Assembly: GCA_030704615.1 (NCBI GenBank)
Contig: CM060733.1
Location: forward strand, 12,524,001 to 12,588,000
From: Takakia lepidozioides
Taxonomy: Eukaryota; Plantae; Bryophyta
Reading direction: 5' to 3'
DNA: 64,000 nt
Below, piece by piece: positions 54,087 through 64,000 of this stretch. Positions within the stretch are counted from its first letter, which is position 1; each line of letters opens with the position of its first letter. The translations under genes and the position numbers were made by a program. The notes beneath the pieces are model-generated. The model saw only the letters and a program-made list of their open reading frames with translations. It was not told the DNA's origin and searched no databases.

Positions 54087-55386
54087 GTAGTCGTTGAAAT
54101 GACTACGTGACTACGTAGTCCTTTAGGCGACTACTTTGGTAGACGGCATCATGACTGCATGGCTCCGCACTAGACAGATGGTTGGTCAACGATGGTTGAC
54201 CAGCGCGAGCTCACCACCAAATAGTCATCAGAATGACTTCTAGTGCAAGCCTGGTAGCCAAAAGTTTTTTTGTTTTTTTTAAGTTGCTTATAGGGTTGCC
54301 CATGGGAGGGCTGGGACTTAATTTTCTTTTTCTTTTTCTCCTGCGCGGTTTCTTAGTATCGAGCTGTTATGTTGTGTCATGGACCTGTCATGGAACGTGT
54401 TGATCACAGGATAGGGGCGTGGGATGGAGGCTTTGCTATTCTTGAGCTACTGATGCATGAAGGGGCGAAGCGCATCCTGCACCGCAACCACAATGGGCTC
54501 TTCCTGATGTTCACAAGGTTCTTGGGAGAGACAGCTTGGTCTTAGCAGTCCGTGTTTCAATCGACGCCCGCTCCTGGCTACACCGTGGTGGTTCTCACAA
54601 ACCAATCCGACATTACTGACTACAGACACAAGCAACACACACAAGAGGTCCTATTGTGTTCATGGTCAGTCAAATCCTCCTCCATGGGTCATGACACAAG
54701 GTCGAGGACAATGTGGTGAGGGCACCTTCTTCTTCGACCTCTTTCAGCCTGTTTTGACCTCTCATCAGACTCGGCCCTGAATTTCTACACGATGGTGGGA
54801 CAACCGCAATCACAAGGTGTGGCTTTTTCTTAATGTACCATGTAAAGTTCTAAGGTAGTCCATCCTGCAAATGTGGGCTCTTGGCTCCTGTTATGATTTG
54901 GTATTCTTCCTAAGAGAGTCAGCTTGGTCTTAGCAAGGCCGCGTTTCAATCTCTGTTGTGGAAGTCGCAGCAACAACGACACAATTGATAAAATCAGGCA
55001 TAGCTACTCAAGGCACCTTCTTCAATACATTTCACCCTATTTTCTCCTCTTATCAGAATCGGCCATAAATTGGTGAGGGCACCTTTTTCTTCAGCCTATT
55101 TCAGTCTGTTTTGCCCTCTCATCATTAGGGTTGGGGTGTTTGCTGGAAGAGGGCCGGATTTCAAGCACAAGATTACCTATGATTCCCTGTGGATCCATTG
55201 CTACAAGAAACGTGCATGGGTAGATGGTGAACTGGAAGCCGCAGCAGCAGTGGCACAATTGATAAAATTAGGCACCGCTAATGAAGGCAACCTTCTTCAA
55301 CACATTTCACCCTGTTTTTCCCTCTCATCAAAATCGGCCCTAAATTTTCATGTTGAATTTCTATAAGTTATTGGTTGAGTGAACCT

Positions 55387-56090
55387 TTGATAGTTTGCAA
55401 TGCGTGTGCAAGCCTGGCAGCTCTGGAGAAGGGCAATGAGGTCCATGGCGACATTATCAGAGCTGCAATTGTACCACATGTCATTCTGAACAATACCCTC
55501 GTGGACATGTATGAAGGGAGTGTTTGATAGTATTGCTGAACAAGATGTGGGTGTTCTGGAGTGCGATGATTACAGAATATACACAGCGAGGGCATGGGAT
55601 AGAGGCTTTTGAGAACTATGAGCATGTGCAAAGGGGAGAATCCCAACCACATCACATTTGTTTGTGTTTGCAATGCGTGTGCAAGCCTGGGAGCTCTAGG
55701 AAAGGGGAAAGAGGTCCATGGTGATCACATCGTCAAAGCTGGAATTGTACCAGATGCCATCTTGAACACTGCCTTGGATGACATGTTTGTCAAATGTGGG
55801 TGCATTCAGGATGCGAAGGGAAGTTTTCCACACTCTGGCTGAACGAGATGTGGTGCCATGGAACGTGGGGGGAACGAGATGTGGTGTTGTGGAACGCCAT
55901 GCTTGCAGGGTATGCACAGCAGGGGCACGGGATGGAGGCTTTGGAGACCTATGAGCAAATGATTGGGGAAGGGTGAAGCCCGACCACATCAGGTTTGTGT
56001 GCGTGTGTAAAAGCGTGGCAGCCCTGGAAAAGGGCAAAGAGGTGCATGGTTGCATCGCCAAAGCTGGAATTGTACCAGATGTGATTCCAT
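55387..56090 (+). pseudogene. PLS-class PPR pseudogene fragments
   Basis: Repeated HITFVCVCNACASLGAL.KGKEVH..IVKAGIVPDAILNTAL.DM..KCG and DVVLWNAMLAGYAQQGHGMEALETY, with frameshifts. Confidence 0.85.
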
Positions 56091-56662
56091 AAGCTACAAG
56101 AAACGTGCATGGTAGATGGTCAACTAAAGGCTGCAGCTACAGCGGCACAGTTTATAAAACCAGGCACCTCAATCATGACCACAACTTTTGAAAGAGGATC
56201 AAGAGAGGAAGTCCACAATGCCTCTTCTGCACTTCTGGGCATGTGAAGATGCTTTGTGGCAGGCAGACTGACAGAGGCTCTACAGACTTTAAACCAATGA
56301 GGCATTTCAGCAGATTCAGGTACGTGTGTCTGTCCCTTGCTTAAGTGCATCAAGATGGAAGGTCTGGACGCTGGAAAGCAGGTGCACACTTATATTATCC
56401 AAAGTAGATGCACGCCAAATGTTTTTCTACTCAAGTATCGTACACCTCACTTCGGTAAGCTCCCCTTCAAGTCATAGTTAATCGCTTTGATGCGCGTGCC
56501 TAACTCCCAAACTGGCCGCCGGGCCAATTTGGAGCTTCGGCTGCTCACCGGGACATAACGGTCCCCCTTTACTCCTCCACGAGACCTCTCTCAATTTGGG
56601 CGCAAGTGGAAATTCCCTTTGGTCGATGGCAGTCCGGAACAGCTCCCCACACATTGGTCACT

Positions 56663-57162
56663 NNNNNNNNNNNNNNNNNNNNNNNNNNNNNNNNNNNNNN
56701 NNNNNNNNNNNNNNNNNNNNNNNNNNNNNNNNNNNNNNNNNNNNNNNNNNNNNNNNNNNNNNNNNNNNNNNNNNNNNNNNNNNNNNNNNNNNNNNNNNNN
56801 NNNNNNNNNNNNNNNNNNNNNNNNNNNNNNNNNNNNNNNNNNNNNNNNNNNNNNNNNNNNNNNNNNNNNNNNNNNNNNNNNNNNNNNNNNNNNNNNNNNN
56901 NNNNNNNNNNNNNNNNNNNNNNNNNNNNNNNNNNNNNNNNNNNNNNNNNNNNNNNNNNNNNNNNNNNNNNNNNNNNNNNNNNNNNNNNNNNNNNNNNNNN
57001 NNNNNNNNNNNNNNNNNNNNNNNNNNNNNNNNNNNNNNNNNNNNNNNNNNNNNNNNNNNNNNNNNNNNNNNNNNNNNNNNNNNNNNNNNNNNNNNNNNNN
57101 NNNNNNNNNNNNNNNNNNNNNNNNNNNNNNNNNNNNNNNNNNNNNNNNNNNNNNNNNNNNNN
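56663..57162. other. Assembly gap (500 N)
   Basis: Run of N. Confidence 1.
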
Positions 57163-57302
57163 ACAGCCTGTCACAGCCCCGAAGGCCACCGGCACAGGCC
57201 TCACATGCCCTCACAGCCCGTCACAGCCCCGAAGGCCACGGCACAGCCCCTCACAGCCCGTCACAGCCCCCAAGGCCACAGGGACAGCCCGTCACAGCCC
57301 CA
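57163..57302. repeat. GC-rich tandem repeat (CACAGCCCC(G)AAGGCCAC / CACAGCCCGT units) inside the LTR element
   Basis: Direct repeats beside the gap. Confidence 0.85.
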
Positions 57303-60300
57303 TCCATGGCCGCTCTGGCAGTTTAGCCATTTCCCCAAGGGGTTTAGCCACGCCAAGCTAGGGTTTGTGTCTCTTGGACTCTAGGCTTCTTTCCACCGAG
57401 CTATGGCGGCTGTGAGGAAATCAGCAAGGTATTCTTGCTCTTTCGGCTCCCACACACCACCATAGTAGCCCTAAGCCATGAGGTGGTTGCCACAAACCAA
57501 GCCTTCTTTCTCACTTAGCCTCCCCAAACACACCACTAAACTCAATGGCAAACAACCAAGCCCTGCTGGTTCCTAGCCCTTGTGAGCACTCATTCAAGCA
57601 CTCTCCTTGGCCATAGCATCTGTCTTAGAGCCTATTCCAGCCTTCTACACCTGTTGCTTCAAGAGTTGCGCTCCCTTCAAGCTTGAAGTTGAAACCCCAA
57701 CTCACATAGGCCCTACAAGTGCTTTTCTTTCACTCCAAGTGGAAACCAGCCCTAGACCTTCCGTTCTAGCTCTCCAAGGCTTGAAAACAAGAGCCTCAAT
57801 GGGCTGAAGGCATGCTCCACACATGCCCCACTCTCACCATAAGAGAATCAGCTCCTTTGCTTCATTTCTTGCACCCACAAACCTGAAAATACAAGCTTCA
57901 GCAGGCTGAAAGCATGCTCCGCCTGCCTACAGGGAAACCAGCCCCTTCCTTCCTTTCTTGCACTCCCACACCTGAAAGTGCAAGCCTTCACCAGGTTGAT
58001 AGCATGCTCCACACATGCATTGCCCTCACATAAGGGAATTCAGCCCTTCCCTCTTCCTTGCTTGCCCTCCAAGCTTGAAGATGGAAGCTTCAATGAGCTG
58101 AATACATGCTCCACACATGCAACCTCTTCACACAAGAGATATCAGCCCCCTATCTTGGCTCCTTGGCTCCTTGATGCTCTCTAAGACAAGACTAAGCACT
58201 CCACAGCCCTTGCCAAGCTCCTGAAACCGTAAGGCTTATATTTCCAGCCACAAGACACTCCTCTTGTGGTGCAAGAACTTTTCTTCCAAGCTCTGAAACC
58301 CTAGGTGCACATTCCATGGCCTTGCCGCACCTCTTAGCTCCTGTTCCAGCCCCGCTATTGCCATGGCAAGAGCCCTCATATCGCTGGAGTTTCAGATTGA
58401 AACCCCCAACTCAACATAGCCACAAATGCATTGGCTTGTATATAAGAGAAATCAGCCATCTCTTTTCACTCATACCTCCTTATGAGCTTGAAGTTGGAGC
58501 TCCCGATAACTGTGACTTACATTTAACACCCTCGCAGCTCCACATTGCTGCAGCTCCTTAACTTGGCCTGCAGCTGAAGAAGACGACCACCAGTTTACCC
58601 ATTCGAGACCAGCATCTCCCCCGCTTCACACTAGAAGCCCAAACTTGGTTGCCATAGCGTTGAGCTATGCAACGCCGCTCTTCAACATAGGCTACCCGCC
58701 TCTCTATCCATTGCAAACCTGCAACCTGTTCGCCTTTGCACTCTATCCACTTTGGATAGGCTCATGCACGGATCGCTGCACTCTAGGCTGAACCGCTTCT
58801 CATGAAAACACAAGTGCTACAAAGCAACGCGAACCTGGCACTCACAGACTCGAGCTGATCTTTCTCGAGTGATAAAGAAGAAGAATACAAGCACAAGCTC
58901 ATGCGAGCTCACAAAGCTGAAGCATAAACTCAGGCATATATAACCTCATCACTCAAATACAAGTCAAGCCAAGTGCACCCCACGCCATGGGGAATCCACA
59001 CTACGGCGCCATAGCTAGGCGCGGTGAGGCTCAACTCGAGAAAGATGAGCCTCCCGCGCTTGCCGTGAAGATAACCACTCCAGGGCCTAAATCTGCCTTG
59101 ACCCCTGGATTGACACTTGGGCCAATCCCAAATGTCAATATGTAAAAGCTAGCTATTTCCTAGCTAGTTTCACACTAGTGGTAAAATAACTTGACATGGT
59201 CAACTTCTCTTCGCGGTGGCAAGCCGCTTGGTAAATCCTCCCTCACATCCCGGTAGTTTTCCAAAATCCCCTTGATCCAATCTGGGCTCGGCTCCCTATC
59301 GTCTTCTCCCTTCACTTGTCTTACGTAAAGCAAAAACTGGGGCTTGTGTGGCTCCTCCATGGCCCACTCCTTTGCTGACAGCAGGTTTATTCGCCCTCCC
59401 ATTGGGTTGGGCGCTTTCGACACTCGTAAAACTTCACCACCATTCCCACACGGTAGCGTGACTATTCTCTTGCGGCCATCTATAACCGCTCCGGATTTGC
59501 TCAAAAAGGTCATCCCCAAAATGAGATCCATTCCATCGATCTCGCAAATGGTGAAGTTCTCACGTCCCTCCCAACCCCCCAGCTAAAGAGGAACATCGAA
59601 CGTCAACCTCGTCGGCCGAACGCACTTCAATGGAGGCCCCCACATGACTTGTCAGGAGCCCCAGCTTTCGTGCCGTTGCCGGCGTCATGAAGGAGTGCGA
59701 CGCTCCTGTGTCCACCAACAACGACACGTTAGTTCCGGAAATTATCCCATTCACGAACATTAACTGACTTCCTTTACGCAAGACCCCAGTTTCCCGATAC
59801 AACTCACAAGAGTAGTTGCCTACCTTGCAAATCTTGGCGACCACCGCCTCCACCAAGCGGTTAATAGAATCTTCAGACAGCTCCGTGGCCGCCCGAGTCA
59901 TGTTCAATTGTCGGGGTTTCGTACACTTCTTGGTCATGTGCCCAGGCTCCCCGCAATTAAAGCACACTCCATCGAAGGTCGCCTTCTGTCCGCCATAAGC
60001 CACTACACCTGATTTTCTTTTCGGAGCACCGGGTGCCGCCTTGACGTGTGAAGGCCCTCCCTTCGATTTCCACGTGCCATTGTCGCCACGTGGCCTATCC
60101 CACTTCTTTTCCGGTCAGAAGGAGTCACCCTCCCGCCGGGCTTTTTTGTGGTTCAGCTCCGTACGGCCTTGTCTTTCGTCCCTAGGGACATCCGAGAAAC
60201 ATTCAGCCCTTTCAATTGCCTTGTTCAAAGTCTTAGGTAGCTTCTCCTCCAACTTCCACCTGGCCCATGGGGCCAGTCCCGCCACAAAGTTGAAGACCAT

Positions 60301-62559
60301 TTCAGGTTCCCCCATATCCGCGACTTCGAGCAACAATACATTGAAAGCCTGAACATATCCCCGAATATTATCCGTTTGCTCAAATTCCTCATCTTGTCCC
60401 GGGCGAGCCAGGACGCGTTGAGGGGCACAAATTGTCTCTTCAAAAGTTCCTTGAACCCACTCCAACTCAAGGTTTATGGGTTTGGACCTTGGTCGTGAAG
60501 GCGTTTCTTCCACCATTATTGAGCGTAGCCCCTCAAATAGGTGGGAGCCACTTCCACCCGATCCTCGTCACTCAACTTGGCCGCCCGGAAGTACTGCTCT
60601 GGCTCCAAGAGCTAGGTGTTGAGTGCCTTCTGATTTCGGACGCCCTCAAAGGTGTCGGGTTCCTTAGGCTTCACCTTAAACTTTGCCTTAGTGGAAGTGG
60701 CATTAGCCGCCTTCAACACGTCTTTCAACGTCCCGCCAAACTGCGCCAACAACCCTTCCCAAAAGGCTGCTGGCATGGGAGGCATCTGTTGGTCTAGCAG
60801 AGCCTCCGGGAGGACCTCAGGCTCCGACTCCCCAGATTCCTCCCGTTCTTGAGCGGCCTCGCTTTCAAAAGCATAAATCGCCTCGTCAAATTGTCGCTTT
60901 GGTGACACGTCGCCCCCATCGAGCTCACCCGGATCATCATCTTTTGGGCCGTTCCGCTTTCACTTTGGCTTACCCGACCCCATGATGAGGCCAATCCCAA
61001 GGACGATCGTGTACTGAACTCTAAGTTCTGATACCAAGTATCGCGCACCTCACTTCGGTAAGCTCCCCTTCAAGTCATAGTTACTCACTTTGATGGGCGC
61101 GCCTAACTCCCAAACTGTCCGCCGGGTCAACTCGGAGCTTCGGCTGCTCACCGGGACATAACGGTTCCCCTTTACTCCTCCACGAGACCCTCTCTCAGTT
61201 TGGGCCAAGTGGAAATTCCCTTTGGTTGATGGCAGTCCGGAACAGCTCCCCACACCTTGGTCGCTTTCTGGCTCGCACGCTTACTCACTAGTTTTTGGTC
61301 ACCGACGGGCTTGTACCGTTCTTGGGGTTACTACTCCGTATATATACTTTTGTGAATGTCCGTGGGGGTTTCACAAACAACCCTGCCATTTTATGGCGAA
61401 CCACCACAAAAACCCTCGACTCCCGGTGGTGAGTCGCGGTGAGTCTTGGCCCACCCACCACAGCCCCATTGGGCCGCGATGAGTCCCAAGACTCCCCACG
61501 ACTCCCACCACAAGGTTTCCGCCCCATGGTGAGTCCTATGCCACCCCCACTAAGTCCCACTAAGCTACCACCACCCCTCGTGGAACCACCCCCACCGCAA
61601 CGCAGTGTGTGGGGCTCCACCTAGTGAGCGCCTCCGCCCTAGGCACTCAAGGGTGCTTCAGCCCCCGCATCTATTGTTGCCACTGTCCCCACCACAGGGG
61701 CGGCCCCTCTCATGTCCCGACCCCCTACCTCAAGGCAAAGGGCCGCGACAACACCCTTGTCTTCATGTATGTTAAGTGCGGGAGCATCATGGATGCTCAC
61801 CAAGTGTTCAACAGAATGCCTCAACGAACTTTGATAATGTGGAATATAATGTTGGCAGGAGTTACCAAGCATGGGTGTGGTAGGAATGCTTTGGAGACCT
61901 ATGAGCAACTGCTGCGCGAAGGGGTGAAGCCCAACCACATCAAGTTTGTTTGTGTTTGCAATGCGTGTGCAAGCTTGGGAGCTCTGGAAAAAGGGAAAGA
62001 GGTCCATGGTGACATTGTCAAAGTTGAAATTGTACCAGATGCCATTCTGAACACTGCCCTGGTGGACATGTATGGACTTCAGCTCCTATGATTCCCTGTG
62101 GATCAATAGCTACTAACAACCTACATGGATAGATGGTCAACTGGAAGCTGAAGCTACAACAGTAGCGGTGGAATTGACAAATCAGGCACTGCTAATGAAG
62201 GCACCTTCTTCAACACATTTCACCCTGTTTTTCCTTCTTATCATAATCGACCTAAGTTTCCATGTTGAATTTTGCATGTTAGTTGGTTGAGTGAACCAGT
62301 TTGGAGTGACTTTGACATGATACTGCCAATGTGACAATAGGAAAGTATCTAGAAACAGGTAACAAAGATGAGGAGAAGCTGTGGAATGAATACTTTTCTT
62401 ACCCAGTCAATGGTGGGACAATCAAGGCAAGAATGTGAATGTATGTCTGATTATAGAGAGTAGCAGATGCAGCAAGGCAAGGATGTATGCATGATTTGTG
62501 CAGAGGTATGGATAGCTGAAGGAGCAGGGATAGAGTGTGGGTCCAGATTCATCCAAGAG

Positions 62560-62970
62560 GGCCAGAAAGAGGTCCATGGTGACATCGTCAAAGCTGGAAT
62601 TGTACCGGATGTCATTCTGAGCAGTGCCTTGGAGGACATGTACGCCAAATGTGGGTGCATTAAGGATGCAAAGGGAGTTTTCAACACTATGGTTGAATGA
62701 GATGTGGTGTCGAAGAACGCGATGCTTGCAGGGTATGCACAGTAGGGACGTGGTATGGAGGCTTTGGAGACCTATGATCAAATGCTGGAGGAAGGGGTGA
62801 AGCCCGACCACATCACGTTTTTGTGCATTTGCAATGCATGTGCAAGCCTGGCAGCTCTGGAAAAGGGCACAAAAGTCCATGGTAACATTGTCAGAGCTGG
62901 AATTGTATCAAATATAGTCATTTTGAACAACACCCTCGTGGATGTGTCCATGCGAAATGTGGGTGCACCC
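62560..62970 (+). pseudogene. PLS-class PPR pseudogene fragment
   Basis: EVHGDIVKAGIVPDVILSSALEDMYAKCGCIKDAKGVFNTMVE*DVV..NAMLAGYA..GMEALETYDQMLEEGVKPDHITF, with premature stops. Confidence 0.85.
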
Positions 62971-63419
62971 TATCCTGCTGATTTGTTGTTGTGCTGGAAC
63001 AGTAGCAAACATAGAACGACATTCACATTTTACATGTGTTGTTATCTTCAGTGCATATATAGTGTCATTTGCACTTTGTCAGACTATTGTTTGAGGAGCC
63101 AGATTTTGGGACTTCGGTGCTATATTGTAAATTTGATTGGCAGCAGTTTAAGAGAAGCTCTTACATCTACTGTTGTCTTTAAGTGCCTATGTTTTGTCAT
63201 TTGCATTTGCTGACTTTGTTCTTTCATATGATTCTTGCATGTGAATAAAACATTCATTTGCACAGTCATTTTTTGTCTCTTTGTTCTTCCCTTTGTTATT
63301 TTTTTTTTTCAATATTTGAATAATACTAACCCTAATCTCTACTAACCTAACAAGATAAGCATAGTCGTGGTTCTGACTGTCCAATACATTTAAAAGTTCC
63401 AAACAACCCCTCATATGAT

Positions 63420-63600
63420 GCCATGTGTCCACATATCATCATGTCATAGTCATGATCATAACTGATATCAACATGTTGTAGTCAGGATCATGACTACAAG
63501 ACCTCCTCAACATATGCCACGTGTCCAGATATTAGCATGGTTGTAGTCAGAACGATGATTGCAGGACCACCTCATGGATATGCCACGTGGCAGATTATGG
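63420..63600. repeat. Degenerate ~65-bp tandem repeat (TGCCACGTGTCC...TTGTAGTCAG), probably TE subterminal
   Basis: 2-3 copies visible. Confidence 0.5.
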
Positions 63601-64000
63601 AGACGCCATACGGCGCACATCCACAAAAACTCCTGGACTTATTAAAAAGAGACATGTGTACAGTTTGCAACAGCACACTAAGTCATGTATGGTAGAAGTA
63701 CGTATGACTGCCACATGACAGTGAGATGTATCACTTGATTCATCTGACTGCAGTCATTCATGACCGACCATACTGTACTCATTGTATTCACTTGGTTTGC
63801 ACGACTTAAAGTCATTGCAGTCATATTTATGACTACGGGATAGTCATATATACTGCAATCTGATGTAGTGTTGGGTGGCATGACAGGGGAATAAAATGGA
63901 AGCATGTCAAGCATTCTTCAAAGGCGTCGAGGCTCCCACTTTCGTTAATCATTGTGTCCTCTCTTGCTAGGATTAGGCTCATTTATCGCTCTTCACTTTT

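Larger units (their letters stand above)
56434..61750 (-). mobile_element. Non-autonomous Ty3/gypsy LTR retrotransposon
   Basis: 5' LTR 61039-61750; 3' LTR starts at 56436 and runs into the N gap; PBS TGGTATCAGAAC (tRNA-iMet) at 61025-61036; frameshifted gag with CFNCGEPGHMTKKC knuckle; protease LLVDTGASHSF; pol stops at PSGLPPRREVDH just before RT. Confidence 0.9.
56170..62072 (+). pseudogene. PLS-class PPR gene interrupted by an LTR retrotransposon (halves 56170-56433 and 61751-62072)
   Basis: Removing 56434-61750 restores the frame GKQVHTYIIQSRCTPNVFLL-N-TLVFMYVKCGSIMDAHQVFNRMPQR. Confidence 0.8.

Noticed and set aside
52598-54245. CACTA element enclosing the integrase relic (CACTAGCAAG ... 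ACTTCTAGTG)
   Set aside because: TIR match is weak and the 3-bp flanks differ (CGA vs CAA)
56569-57384. Long ORFs in the ORF track
   Set aside because: Artefacts of translating through the N gap

Overview
Eukaryotic nuclear DNA from a land plant, most likely a non-seed plant (inferred from PLS-PPR debris with bryophyte/fern-like motifs, CRE- and RTEX-like LINEs and moderate intron sizes). There are three apparently intact protein genes: a GPI-type arabinogalactan peptide (4070-4276, -), a 10-exon ARM-repeat/SAAL1-like gene (14616-20890, -) whose last intron has U12 (minor spliceosome) signals, and a ~32-exon UTP20 gene (22865-48763, +) head-to-head with it. The left ~13 kb holds hAT-type MITEs, tandem repeats and a long hairpin. 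UTP20 introns carry a 5'-truncated RTEX-like LINE, a tRNA-derived SINE and three copies (one inverted) of an unclassified ~350-bp repeat. A second SINE family lies in the shared promoter region. The right ~12 kb holds CRE-LINE and gypsy integrase relics and decayed PLS-PPR genes. One PPR gene is split by a non-autonomous Ty3/gypsy element with no target-site duplication, a mutated att end and an apparently unprocessed cDNA terminus. A 500-N gap lies at 56663-57162. I found no clearly new multi-gene system. The best leads are the atypical LTR insertion, the U12 intron, the inverted intronic repeats and the SINE/LINE families. All coordinates were read by eye.
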